Shown in pieces: positions 56,601 through 61,547 of a stretch of DNA of 64,000 bases. The stretch comes from a virus, in the IMG/VR virus record IMGVR_UViG_3300035527_000189, positions 2,889 through 66,888 of that record. One strand, written 5' to 3'. The translations under genes and the position numbers were made by a program. The notes beneath the pieces were generated by a model. The model made no database searches. It had not been told where the DNA came from and saw only the letters and a list, made by a program, of their open reading frames with translations. Within the stretch, counting starts at the first letter, position 1. Each line of letters begins with the position of its first letter.

Positions 56601-58866
56601 TAAAGATGGTTCTTATATATCTAGTGCTCTTATTAACAGTAAAAAGTTATCTGGGAATAAGTCGTATTTAAGTGAAGAAGATATAATGACTCTTTTACAT
56701 GAATTAGGGCATCGTAAAGCAGGAGTAGATAGTATACAAAATCCGAGAAAAATGGCAACTATCAAAGATATATTGAGAAATATCCCAATGAAAAACCTTT
56801 CTCCTCACATATCATATGAGTTGGCAGGTTATCCAATTAGTTTTACTAAACCGTCAGAAGCTTATGCAGAATTATTCGCTCAACATACTATGTCCGGTGA
56901 TCCAGATCGTATAGATGCTCCTGGTGAATTTAAAGACGCTGTAAATAAGTTTTATGGAAAACCCTGGTCAGGCCCGAGAATTTTTGAAGAGAATAATGAG
57001 GATGAAATTTCCAAATTGTGGGGCGAAGATACAGCTACTGCTACTATGCGAAGAAATAAACGTGTACTTGAAGAGCGTGCTCAATTAAGAGTAACAGATG
57101 CTAATGCTAGGGCTGAAGAATTTAAAGAAAGATTAGCAAAAGATGCAAAAACAAGAGAATACTTAAGGTCTGATGAATTTGAATCTGAATATGGAAAATC
57201 TTTAAGGGATGGTAAAATAGGAGATCTTAATCGATTAACCGGTAGTCGTACTATGGAGGTTGATGGGATTAAAGTAGGTAGATTAACAAAGAGGGCTTTT
57301 ATGGAGGACTTTGTTAGGGAACAAATTAAGAATAAAGCTTATAGACCTGAAGGTTTTGTACCGTCTCAAGAAAGAGGAAAGGTTTATACTGGTTTTCAAG
57401 GTGTTCATCCAAGTTATTCTTCAGGTAAAGAGAAAAAACGTAGTGTACTTGATACTTATACTTTAAAACGTGATAGAATGAAGGATTTATCTCTTGAACT
57501 TAATGATAAATTACAATCAGACAGTTTGAGTAAAGATGAAAGAGAGAAGTTAGAAAGAGATAAAGAACTATTAGTGCGAGGAATGCGTATTTATAAATTA
57601 ATGGAAAGTGTTCATAAAAAAGGTGGAAACATATTCACTGATCCATCATTATTTAAAGAGTTGCATGTGAAAGATCTTTTAACTGATAAACAATTAAAAG
57701 AATATGAAGATAAAAATATGGTGGGTCCAGGATATACTATGCGATCTAGTGCATTGAAATCTTTTAACGATATTTTCAAATCTGTAGTTTTTACCAGTGA
57801 TGTAGAGAAAAGGGGAGGAAAAATTAGAGAGGTTACAGATAGATTAGAAAAGATGAAATATGATAAAAATATTGGGTTTTATGATATATGGGAACTTAGA
57901 AAATATCTGGAACCAGGTGCGATTGAAAAATTTCTTAAAGAGTCTGAAAGAAAGAGAAGACCAGAAGAACATGGACATGTTGCTACTCATATTGATCAAG
58001 ACCCAGTCTATAACTCTAATGCTCGCCAGTTTTATGATAATGTTAATAATGGGTCAAATCCACCACTTCATTTAGGTACAGACAGTGTACCTAAAACCGG
58101 TAATTACTTTTTACAAAAAGATGAAATGGTATTACCCAAAAATACACCTACTTTGGATACATCTAATATAGCTAGTAATACTTTGAATAATGGTACTGAT
58201 ATGAAAAGTATAGTAAACGAATTAAAAAATATAACACTTAATGCTAAATTAGATAATGATACTGTTGAATTAAATACTAAAGAGGTTATAGCAAAACTTG
58301 AAAATGACACTGTAAGGCTTGAAAATAACACTGTAAGACTTGAGAATGACACCGTTGTAGTAAAACTTGAGAATGATACTGTAAGACTTGAGAATGATAC
58401 GGTTATAGCAAAACTTGAAAATGACACTGTAAGGCTTGAAAATAACACTGTAAGACTTGAGAATGATACTGTAAGACTTGAAAATAGTACTGTTACGGCT
58501 AGGCTTGAAAATGATACTGTACGTATAGATCAGGCATCTATTCCTGAGTCTGCGGGAGCCGCTGCTAATGATAAATTACAAGAGTTAATTATGTCAGTTA
58601 ATGATAAATTGATGGCTTCTAATGTTCAATTTGACTCAAGGATAAAAGTTTTGGAGGATACTCCAGTTATTGACAGTAGTGTAACAAATCAAGAGGTGGA
58701 TTTTATTGCAGAACAAAAGATGAATTCAGTTAGATCTGAAATTACAGATTTAAGCATTGATACTGATGTTAAAATTAATAATCTAACCTCTTTAATTAAT
58801 AGAGCTGATAGGAGTGCCCAAGAAGCTGAAAGAATGGCACGGACTGCTCTAACTAAAATAAAGTAA
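35623..58866 (+). CDS. Giant tape measure polyprotein (7747 aa): RNA polymerase + PD-(D/E)XK nuclease + tape-measure core + two HExxH metallopeptidases
   Basis: TTG start with AGGAGG at 35609-35614; TP901-type TMP core at ~47980-48950; enzyme motifs listed in the sub-features. Confidence 0.9.
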   Translation: MATNEIVVKHNINSANTTGGRSPEISNNNNFKQMLASLEKMFSGLPKEIAKDITRAIMPEVVRLVSKSIGTSSGGATGVSKADITNLVSTVAKEAARQATSHLEKSAKYGTSTGNAGRQPNIASFYASMDKRVESIMSSQLSSLKQKGIKLESSTEKAIIALAQQATRSSIPNDFTSAVKEMSSAVKTLGASGSEIHKAIKAIGNLRTSGGGLDFKELIPYLSNTKNIGKDLKNTHEAVKKVSSAIEKLPSDYRKSFSDVLTELKSLTAEIKKGLVAKVSQTRAKAQDDPQKFATAIANQLKKALDSSPALQNTQLAKAVDKMVNGVADISSLQKAISKFSSELAQIKGADPKNIRSVEQAIDKMEKVLIAASKITIDGGAIKSKQWKKYVDQFDSMISKMSDAIVKVRLVFDDSGVLKAMAEFKDKEFKVTAKADTKEAKKKIDSDITDREVKAVVVADTGAAEKDIDKATKDRTTKLILEAKTKESKSVAGIDKRIENIEKALDNFFTVLGKYSSDRKSLESNIQGKKYYKGNLNDLSATMQGDYKSLFDEFSKEVKSRNYGYLKPRIQREMAPVHSSENYQHFPKEVQKAFELLNSALEEAPQRLLNKVSKKSTSSDKELVNALKDLKKELKNIGVASDNSDIVREVKSYGASLLSKLEAAGKDVESLKSIIRKEGGITNYDGQLFSSYVSDGVKNAISSVRDIVETRSTDSSKAASKEAKRIKDGIKETANNFTEASRIIADSTEKLKKQAGRSGVGDGMASKGGLPQGLPSGSPLFNTKTQGSNYYNYGKQLINPNMSGISSRDGEVTTKGGEEIRKVVSENVKGLSKSLFELQQYIVDTLDKELKASHNKIGGNEWKIVRDHAKQNINEYFKIASGYNKKMSGKQWTLQIADIDRLRRTVGDFDPKSTPTSLIKQFKEQNFRNLVSKNEQRLPEAISGWMKRFSEAEIKSWDNLPELVVKKLARIKRTTDTGPGISEKMLNAVTELGQDQLKSIYKQTISEIDSIQKLTGGWTEQNGVDQSPLVRNVSLPAARLNPTGAATFETAQGSQRVIPKFAVYKTGFEELYEKLHESGNLKLDKKYAETIKSGGIRPDPSQFTEFNNLAENMLRDLASAPGKEDEALGFIKGQYRKASKIRGAELKKTGQIDDISAFNKQIEDAFSKTHGGLDNFMEAMENVGVSAYDVAKSMEKVEFKDIYQMFKKLISGAGDPKSSPLVALAANPSYDRNIRDYETYMRKLVGTIPIADPKKPRRYAHQERVINLMSMASPIFEGGKGEGSGASDFTSDQQKEFIRDLNLSLRDFIKNNEVLGETRGLPKHIKNISSLGVPEAQAATLDEYRKTARNEDTKYLGTFNATNLKMYTDNLAEISPFGAQFQQLGRNIASTTNAMSAFKVGMESTDFPKLRSEKEDSLISSGRYGGEGYGFNVIAELRNTASTFEDQILVSGKLADVMTESVKTIVGPDGLGRLGDLANSGLLDNLDTAAVSNIEAKKLVKLVGDADRVFQEVLGVKSEYKGRADEALIKDVGKMITVVRGKELNVQTAKLAETFLNYYGRKFTTRFGSKGVSVTPQGEGTEFGRILKEFPDKKIKVLSKSEAEKAGLGTAVLPKSMGKLLDEILEKNASELQSKGFTGVEVGELQTNLLKSGNKFIMDMFTDASLGVVTSDEAELNKTLFNKINNALKTLNLGEIDKNIEGINQIKSLYKTQIGEKDAKLFEEKPIDIRISSYGAAKRGLQTETLETIMNNVISAGETGSTVVKDKFDKSVYRSLLGTATGSKEDPKKFPSLSEFSKALGFEGAGKDKSQISKDLFETFMSKETKGGTVSLIDRDQFVKDYTKEMSGSIDPDKLESEYQKAVASAEDVLREKADKLAELEARSNYYTSVIDEFGDARKGLVGSKFVEIVEDPHKYDEWSKKDIEKQIKGERLNIPAFGAYASIFGEQSEFMKDMLGNVPTESKKHWEYIKALQVLNEESAEMRKNLLSSAKKVDVSSLKSFTKSTGTFVPGLDESRSLSDTILDADKFPGPVDLSIPSTMDPSKRESFYVPGAIARSTYPEPTIAGERGLDLISRRLQQVVNAAKKVDELMNSKERGEGSVRKDRTIGRVKSNINKLREEAREIAKRTPKKEMTPQGDAQAIQDIIDSLMPVISGYKPDPDLTIGYNQWNDAAKYIENVRSSQMAKVNAGEKNVGEALYYTLGQVVDVIIGADPKGSSSEKRKEASSMLTEKVALGQNALEQFSKKLGITPPEGDEDKIINNALDSLEKAKIKYYHSLAETVLGKTGSIQEFVFTRKVPAIMSKAVTAVVDKTKEFKSLEDSLRDVAEGASNLGIETSLKGLEEAADELRQVRFEHSEDIRKLSKDKGLPVLKQHELGVPKELAEKLPVEFNRKASFDYKLGEFKFDEKGTKEDTTLDVLLEHRDKLKKALSKKGLKVGKKTIKVEDEIRGEVEKYIKAELTPYVESVRYPFTGISSVQPYEAKLLKPKKGERQFEKHSLIVPGIPEMDFQAFDKVKSSVEQNIESLRGEREKEWKKITPDTDKIEKLNIVIDRLSQVLSDAIPKYIAHQQKLDFDGDQIEIHSAKTAKARKEIETHFKTLIDYNINKGTTAQVLRDDFTYDAMVPSTGKYPIAEQAMAFNKKFKESEGFGFLQKPFLTEDLEYLSKEERLGILSSFPSAATGKPRGPVTALNEAASAVIRDQGQLSKLDDIISNVSTVDASGKKLDDSEYISKLLTTVEKADSRLSKILEASVRDRLFESKFLNTINAQLFKINTGPDTEALNRILKIFERSLGFGSKGIIGTPSKGRLGLDYNPSESLSEMFPEDLKIFKSKDSDMMGNELHTMMNEIIRVAFQKGMDVKHAGEVPIATEMYELLTQGQTGLETLVKKINEDDSYADIKSLKEVNETALKRRMGGLSTEDIRKDAVKIATSRGEDPETAGLAYADRDTLKTYIVEKLNLTNFLSEITRQVEQAAYDGIIEQIKSWDIKTRSKKLKGKTPEQFAKDTIATQMKDGGLDIKGMAEGGLMPLYKYRTMGSSLYKQRGEYQNKYGDVDASFLEGRFKGKPDELKEYTKKIKEAKALARNLKDEFSNFNIYDSGDKGSYAMFVQSAIDNVKSDSEEIKRLVAQLNEEEGLMDSSVLDRALGKSTRHQFTRDVFSEPSDKASEKYLEKYSRIVGVPSLGTESKARIRKKYLEGAAVAAEQRVAMREDSRETYKGGPEKYDQLVEQETEQILRDVIKVAQADLILRAAKARATESRFVQNMFGETVPPGKSKSELSSSRRQEILDQARDMYATTITGYGQQPPGIGGTPGMASGGGKRYHGMGGSGGLLSGEGPIPVHIASIENGVGLIIGGSGVGVNASMSPHTSKLDHPMFTSDLIKDIKRAREIASELTGGLNELKDTTYEFKYRASGLKGGAGRNQIDEIAAVMAGAEEDKAILDASSLRGTAMHAKLEPRYKAAKISGLKTYTEEPVKYEDPKAGLITGTVDVLRKDLDGVVQEVIDIKTVSPENFKKLKDAVDASGSIKFEDVKKAIPDIKKNKYLRNEKLDEVASQLNLYLASQNKNAKAEAHFYNALDDSMSEVVAIQFDFDEKRLEADMSAVSAAREKVKDSALGFAKSGSFEASQKAVEGVDKARKDKGEEYFKKIEDELMAIGKRYYELIRERKAYGVGAPAMPSRGGISKDELKNLWAATRNQTKGLDQFIKANPRVSGDETIPVSQNLIAFHQAAKMMQAQEGVSLDPATLDSMRPELKGIIDKIPSEGKKGIEFTEAVNKLVDENKISRTEVNKAWKTYRVAVGDYYVSMIEKAKQELAKAQESGDLRAQSTKYVDFEVAVANFQDYIRSSLGKGTDIYTRDKRYMTPELAKGAKVYMDPQSIAKKASTELGDNEKLKSIFDKVVDVREGEYPIPQDAVRKMLIELTNMDKELAKVIVDAREVAQLGPEIVKAWDFSQLRVGLARLKAAMQKYMTGPLHEWDAEQKEYLTKVLKRIKVLEDLYGNIDISQTGESGFRTGTTGVVPVPKELLPNEQRAWHERNLEMERLRFSLPEEEGGPKEGAVNSYDYKIFGQNNRVIENHKHMFEKYGDVMTETGQKIGRFNEKHRDLIKEMMAGKRPFSVAIERVVKWGAAASLVYGSIRELKDTLSHIAEVEYAMAKLSMVMSPISTDFDKMQKSAISFAKSYGVGVEDVLEGMRVYAQQGLGQEEVIDRTRTSVVASNITELDSSGATEALTAAMKIFRQEGESSMRFLDSWSNVESKAAIKAGDLADAIKKSAAAGRNAGFTFDELNGMIAAIGSVTRQTGKEVGTSLRFIFRRLTTDKGPKALKAQGIDILGDKGELKAGFDILSELAAKWDELTRAEKLNISQAIGGTRQYNALLTLMDNWGEAQRSIKNSIESKGSAERRNLALMKTYTKQLEKTKAAFSELKISIGKIVLPTFKTGLKGLRGFVEVVNDIPGPIKAVTAALIGLYTYISKGQGLLDKFSDIFGGVGSSMGSIQDSFKLNMKRGLYEGLGIGNKETNSALYNLNKIGDPGANGFNKFESSVGDMAYLTASAFKGINNFIGVTTDETGKATSAIGELAEKISNMLSKIGMIAGLAPIPGILDEIIAVGTTAASVPLDFFGDTTKWVGENVSKKAQGFLDTFASENTGLVKAAVPSLALGTIGALALPSLVKSFKTLAESAEDYKEAQYDIIVSEEKQLDVLDELIGRYDKLSEKRKNIIEEPVYSKDIGEKRRKISVDEYKSPLLERVRVAREFRDYQNDLAKIAPELVAGFDEFGNAEVYDTEKIRSYLKELEKVQKLQTSMRYVDIAGKFAEDLTETGGVQNKKKFWKDVSKEIPLVGGLFEDQIKLGPKKALSIVQDEMNRLNIARRENPFTKAFDKDLESLSKALVKATEHYSDQIDEFQKAIDNISAEGLDTDRVVDMLSNPKILKGFEEVVIPYSVELNEPTIKGRVSTEDVLASEVFKKLKPELSGVISPIADLTMAKFEESGIKRRLPDAFGKVDLKAGDYVAFTDEFADKYNIASNQAFDTIVEGDKVRFKYFNETLKEVMMTDSVDSSDIDGIVKAVFPVREMINKMEDELVKLDVFVTGAAAGIPGLSDKMLKKREVDLGARFFSGISTNTLLQTPMGYDMRTGELSKEVSYKKGWDDDFINSLYKPIQKYKSLLDEVRASTSEPDKSIYGEAKAEQIELYQDLIKNNQATFQFRAALVDLGKELYNTRDEVEKNIQAEKNRQIVQKNTAGYLKGISKGLDSVDVGIRDYEDLNVQQRTLLNNDSYSQMVKDLITSEKRLEGYNEQLIKIASTAQDLEKIKDVNSAWGGRFETEEQFSKWNKIKERTGGDRGATEIVTAVHRVKDDTSTMVEKLDTLIGVVSAPDEETKEVILSTNKALSKAIETAPQTEHERIFSTKGIQSGWHKGKFVEGIQNLMAIRDDEVVSSGANSKVAARIDNIVNKFLAEYMNSFGIERTTKEFALNSDIPGSRLNRGQYMGRALTGMGMTPDKLINVIERSTKSSGPKSDIAKSIYESKEYGNFIKALGKERNEVSGLVKGINKATVFATIQSQFANVESDKKVAEFTKIVSDLKDQRKARVIELTRINKPLEGDTRLEGLDEKIKANQTVLDESKLDRYIYGTARDLFALNSVAINATQQMEATPAQTVQAMTAITGVYGLTKVISAVFGEELPKFFEKAKGSMEEMQEAMAEGKSFKDIGEDQKKAWGKDALDFLAAMQDRIKSKKIDKLPESDKSKTESLKDLSDVIKVEKLIKDAQESYKAGKTDRIAKKALGTLVGAAGATLAGYASNQMGFSVELSQNTAIAADQARALAELFRKNAKEFDQLFAMDREKHPKDYVDEKGEGSKLPISAVDVAESFENKALALNKAIKESGEIMTSTEKATIERVKAEQEVQSIIQDNIASMMSFTEKLMILEDVTKKIRVAINEFDTQRKFKPTLAVGNALVGYGGDINLPLSKDKMSTQQRIWSEGSEVLQNILTDYKKLAIVRDNFADRIPILEEDIYKLTKFVPDNPETVAQKDTSLENLKIILDGVEASAALANEALLDIGENLNPFVQYSDAFYELRRSLESINVDSAIRQIDRLGAYFEGMDKLYGGSHPDAPIAISEAQKFKGIRSGVSLKNLESTQYDLRESELMDQIIRGNLSGDQKTEVLMEYINLPKQRKQDIENYKYSKSIDSFRNRMAPYEKFAMDMERLRFSGQINENNIKPYTETQRKLESIMKAAQVEISKEEKLKEFDSAVAGLSESEREDREYELKSRRKTIEEGPDVQRRGPGLNAESLLSDFIGQWRDTISKNLTGNAKDLLDSIKNSGVLEKIDVSNTWLELIAKSLGDKGWGETPYDVAKAVVAEIEGKLKAVPMRERPPEKDVLDSKTDLEKKYSRRPEAEFLAPFDLIGEAKLSPKKRLPSEVAEDLNKGILDVIKTMINPKYALAVFGAASLSPAAAYSGKFSSEADRSDEKEGTPTLLKPLNATLKSLGYVKKAFDFMMPSMADFSWLGKTALGAVKSTVSGPSRGDFLEKIRKEDTIAQVKSDYSKPFTDDDKSEGWLEKIYSGIKEMSSKLPDKDESPNQEKPFTVGRAPGGLAKPTYNEILKAHAVNGKVSGEGDQESDSVLARLSTGEFVLKADSVEKLGIDALAYMNNTGKIPPFAKFAEGGEVGSISEKNKALSEKYKGVKFNFKDNEYFNLDQYNKLAPYIEKILDKYPEIQDGLTIGLFDGNLPKGHDLKDFKHSTRLGAHTASNVMRNSDGSINRKSKVLLNSSSLFDKNSPLRLYDSYAYDPISTLMHEFGHRKDFIDQRYSPEKRIGVLDRLWGIPKKNLTPYGRDNSNEERYAEIFALHEMSGDPDRIDASGELKESIEEFHSKKWPDIDPRTKIDGLPSFDSGGFVAKSIDEKNKALSKKYPGTNFNYKKNDYFNLDKYNQLSPYIEKFLERYPEAAKGLTLGLFDGNLNESDFKKWSDEARGLHDPAGVKDGSYISSALINSKKLSGNKSYLSEEDIMTLLHELGHRKAGVDSIQNPRKMATIKDILRNIPMKNLSPHISYELAGYPISFTKPSEAYAELFAQHTMSGDPDRIDAPGEFKDAVNKFYGKPWSGPRIFEENNEDEISKLWGEDTATATMRRNKRVLEERAQLRVTDANARAEEFKERLAKDAKTREYLRSDEFESEYGKSLRDGKIGDLNRLTGSRTMEVDGIKVGRLTKRAFMEDFVREQIKNKAYRPEGFVPSQERGKVYTGFQGVHPSYSSGKEKKRSVLDTYTLKRDRMKDLSLELNDKLQSDSLSKDEREKLERDKELLVRGMRIYKLMESVHKKGGNIFTDPSLFKELHVKDLLTDKQLKEYEDKNMVGPGYTMRSSALKSFNDIFKSVVFTSDVEKRGGKIREVTDRLEKMKYDKNIGFYDIWELRKYLEPGAIEKFLKESERKRRPEEHGHVATHIDQDPVYNSNARQFYDNVNNGSNPPLHLGTDSVPKTGNYFLQKDEMVLPKNTPTLDTSNIASNTLNNGTDMKSIVNELKNITLNAKLDNDTVELNTKEVIAKLENDTVRLENNTVRLENDTVVVKLENDTVRLENDTVIAKLENDTVRLENNTVRLENDTVRLENSTVTARLENDTVRIDQASIPESAGAAANDKLQELIMSVNDKLMASNVQFDSRIKVLEDTPVIDSSVTNQEVDFIAEQKMNSVRSEITDLSIDTDVKINNLTSLINRADRSAQEAERMARTALTKIK
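39742..41460 (+). other. RNA polymerase beta-like region within the TMP (aa ~1374-1946)
   Basis: ISPF..GRN; GFNVIAEL..TFEDQILVS (cf. G.N..VA.M...NFEDSILVS); GRKFTTRFGSKGVS with K1562-x7-K1570 (cf. GDKMAGRHGNKGVI); PIDIRISSYGAAKRGLQTETLET (cf. [23 protein letters not shown]); KGERL. Confidence 0.88.
41760..43380 (+). other. RNA polymerase beta'-like region within the TMP, with catalytic DFDGD at 43345-43359
   Basis: SLAETVLGKTGSIQEFVFTRKV (cf. [22 protein letters not shown]); LKQHELGVPKELA (cf. LRLHQCGLPKKMA); VESVRYPFTGISSVQPYE (cf. VLLNRAPTLHRLGIQAFE); KLDFDGDQIEIH (cf. NADFDGDQMAVH). Confidence 0.92.
45961..46420 (+). other. RecB/Cas4-type PD-(D/E)XK nuclease domain within the TMP
   Basis: RGTAMH, EEPV, ITGTVD, VIDIKT and QLNLY in canonical order. 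Confidence 0.8.
47980..48950 (+). other. Tape-measure core domain (TP901/PhageMin_Tail-like)
   Basis: GSIRELKD..EYAMAKL..FDKMQKSAISFAKSYG..VYAQQG..ATEALTAA..DELNGMIAAIGSVTRQTGKEVGTSL. Confidence 0.85.
55642..56967 (+). repeat. Tandem duplicated zincin metallopeptidase domains within the TMP
   Basis: Copy 1 55642-56286 (HEFGH at 56044, EERYAE), copy 2 56332-56967 (HELGH at 56698, SEAYAE); both share EKNKALS.KY, GLFDGNL and MSGDPDRIDA. Confidence 0.85.
58243..58524 (+). repeat. ~21-nt tandem repeats encoding V(R/K)LEN(D/N)T heptads
   Basis: About 11 copies of LEN(D/N/S)T near the TMP C-terminus. Confidence 0.9.
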
Positions 58867-58890
58867 ATTAAAGATTTTGAGGAGTAGGAA

Positions 58891-60912
58891 ATGACAAATA
58901 GTAATCCAGAAGTTGTTAACAATATGTGGGCAAATTTTGGTGATGAATCTCTGATGGGTGGGTACGAAGAACCTTGTTCTACTGGTAGTTTAGCAGAAGA
59001 AGTGGTGAACTATTTTAATTTACCTTCCTCGCTGGGCGGCGCTGGTGGCTCGTTAGATGGTTTAGATATAAATCATATGGATGCGTTAGAAGTAATTAAA
59101 TTGTCTTTATTAGAAGATTCAGCTAATTCTGGATTTTCTTCGATATATGAAGTGTCAGTTAATGAAGAAGGAGAAATTGAGTTTATAGCTATTGGCCAGG
59201 GTAGCGCAGGTATATCTGATGTATACTATGAAATACAATCTTCCACATATATAGAGGGTTGTGTTGGGGTAATGGTACATGGAGGTAAAAGTTTACCTGT
59301 TAGAAAACCTTTAGAATGGAAACCTATCTGGGGCTCCGAAAAACCAACTCCCTATAATTTAACTAAATTTACTAGTCAATGTGCCATGCCTGGTTATAAC
59401 ACGCATGCAACTATAGTTTTTAAAGATCCACATATGAGTTCTGGTGAATCTCAATATAATGATGGTATAAATAATTTATATGATATTACTGAGCCTTTTG
59501 AGTCTATAATAGGTTATGTTTTTGCTATTAGTTTACCTGATAATAAGACTAAGCAGACTAATGTTAGTCTAAATCAGGAATCAGCAATAATACCGATAAA
59601 AATTGGTGAAGGTGGTGGTGAAGGTGAAGGGCCTTATATGGGCGTTTTGCAGCCAATACGCTTAGCAAGTAGCGGGTATAGTTCTAATTGTTGGGTCGAA
59701 GGTTGGGGTGCTGCTACAGAGGATGGTGTGGAAATTGTTATACCTGAAGAATTTAGATATGAAGATATACGAGGAAATCTGGTAGATAAATTTGTAGCTG
59801 TTGAACAGATTTTTGTACATGGTTATAAAATAGATGGAATGCATGTTTCACATAAATCTGGGGTAACACCTAATAGCCCTTTAACAAAAGAAAATAGTAA
59901 GTGTGTTTTAACGATAAATGATTACAATAAAAGCATGCATAAGTTAGAAGAAGGTCGCCAATTTGTAATTAATTATCCCGAGGGTGACGGGACTAACCCT
60001 GTTGTAATTTTTGCTAGATCTTCTCTACCAGGAGATCCAATGGAATATGGACAAAACACACCATATACTATAAACCCTTTTTGTGAGGCAGCATCTATTG
60101 GTATGGAGGGGTTTGATCCTGAAAGTTCATACAATGGATCAATTTTACCTGTTGAGGGTAATACTGGTTTTTTAGTTGAGGAAATTTTTGCACTTGTTAA
60201 AATTAATACTCCATCTATAACTGTAACAGACCCTCATCAGAATGATAATCCTGGCGAGTCTTTGGCTTATGATATAGCAGATGGCTTGGATTTTCAAGTG
60301 GCAGCGGTAGTTGTAGATGATCCTCCTGCACCGATTGCTTTTAATGGTGACATAATAGATCAATCTGAAGGAGTGGCTGATAAAGACCCAACTACTCAAG
60401 AAGATTTTGAAGATACCCCTTTAGAACAAGCTATGGACATAATGGGGAGTGGCCAAGGTTTAACTCTTAATTTGTCTTTTATTAAAGATGAGGGGAAATT
60501 AGCTGATATATCAAGTAATCTTTATAATTATATGAATGGAACAGATGGGACTGAAACTACTTATGTTTGTGGTCCTAATGCTACACCAAAGTTGGGCGCA
60601 AATGGAAATTCAGGTGGTGTAATTAACAGTATAACATATTCTTACTCTGATAGTTCTGCGTATACTATATCTGTTAATGAAGGACCAAAAATACCAGAGG
60701 GGTTTAGTGGTGTTTCTTTTGCACCAACTTATAAGGCTACTGAATCTTTAAATGCAAAAGGTACTATTATTGGAGATCTTGGTAATGGTATCCATTATAA
60801 AGTAAGAATTGATAGTATTGGTAATAGAATAGCAGTAAATATGTGCCCAGAGTTTTTACGTAAGGGGGACATTGTTAATTGTGCAGTTTATAACATTCCA
60901 GTGGAGGCTTAA
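58891..60912 (+). CDS. Putative tail tip/hub protein
   Basis: First gene after the TMP; acidic; C-terminal OB-like end (YKVRID..LRKGDIV). Confidence 0.5.
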   Translation: MTNSNPEVVNNMWANFGDESLMGGYEEPCSTGSLAEEVVNYFNLPSSLGGAGGSLDGLDINHMDALEVIKLSLLEDSANSGFSSIYEVSVNEEGEIEFIAIGQGSAGISDVYYEIQSSTYIEGCVGVMVHGGKSLPVRKPLEWKPIWGSEKPTPYNLTKFTSQCAMPGYNTHATIVFKDPHMSSGESQYNDGINNLYDITEPFESIIGYVFAISLPDNKTKQTNVSLNQESAIIPIKIGEGGGEGEGPYMGVLQPIRLASSGYSSNCWVEGWGAATEDGVEIVIPEEFRYEDIRGNLVDKFVAVEQIFVHGYKIDGMHVSHKSGVTPNSPLTKENSKCVLTINDYNKSMHKLEEGRQFVINYPEGDGTNPVVIFARSSLPGDPMEYGQNTPYTINPFCEAASIGMEGFDPESSYNGSILPVEGNTGFLVEEIFALVKINTPSITVTDPHQNDNPGESLAYDIADGLDFQVAAVVVDDPPAPIAFNGDIIDQSEGVADKDPTTQEDFEDTPLEQAMDIMGSGQGLTLNLSFIKDEGKLADISSNLYNYMNGTDGTETTYVCGPNATPKLGANGNSGGVINSITYSYSDSSAYTISVNEGPKIPEGFSGVSFAPTYKATESLNAKGTIIGDLGNGIHYKVRIDSIGNRIAVNMCPEFLRKGDIVNCAVYNIPVEA

Positions 60913-60914
60913 AA

Positions 60915-61529
60915 ATGGCAATTGATCTAGTAAAGGTAAGGGCCAAAATAAAGGTAGGGGGTATTACTGTAGAAACGCCATTTATTCAATCCTTTACTGT
61001 AAATAAAGCAAGAAACCAGGTTTCGACTTTTAATGCCTCTTTAAAAGTTGAGGCGGGTCAGTTAAGTGGTGGTGCTACTGGAGGGGATGTAGAGATATGG
61101 GCAGGTGCTGGTAGTGCATCAAATAAGATATTTACTGGCATTCTTAAACATGCTAATATATCACCTTGCTGGGATGATCCTGGTTATGTATTACTTAGTA
61201 TAAGTGGTGTTGATGTTTTAAGTAGATTGGTTGGCAAAAAATATACCAGAAGGTGTAGAGCTATAAAAGGTACATGGGTGGCTATAACTGGTTTAGCTAG
61301 GCCGGGTTTAAGAGATGGAAAATTTAGTTATGAAACAGATTCAATTTCAATATCTGGTGATCAGATTATACCTACTAATAAAGAACATACTACAAATGCA
61401 TTGTTTGCGGATGCAGCTAATCCTACAGCAACTTCATGGACAGCAAGTATAAACTCTACTGTTACTACCAATGTTGAAAAAACCGAAGAAGTGAATGAGG
61501 ATTCAGGTGATCCTGGGGCACTTGTTTAA
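60915..61529 (+). CDS. Putative tail tip protein
   Basis: FTVNKARNQVSTFNASL..IFTGIL..ISGVDVLSRL resembles hub-type beta-barrel segments. Confidence 0.45.
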   Translation: MAIDLVKVRAKIKVGGITVETPFIQSFTVNKARNQVSTFNASLKVEAGQLSGGATGGDVEIWAGAGSASNKIFTGILKHANISPCWDDPGYVLLSISGVDVLSRLVGKKYTRRCRAIKGTWVAITGLARPGLRDGKFSYETDSISISGDQIIPTNKEHTTNALFADAANPTATSWTASINSTVTTNVEKTEEVNEDSGDPGALV

Positions 61530-61547
61530 TAAGGAGGAGGACAATAA

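Noticed and set aside
1325-60399. Numerous minus-strand and alternate-frame ORFs of 60-190 aa in the ORF track
   Set aside because: All overlap long + strand genes, lack an RBS and have shadow-like composition (e.g. the antisense of heptad repeats at 58104 and 5447)
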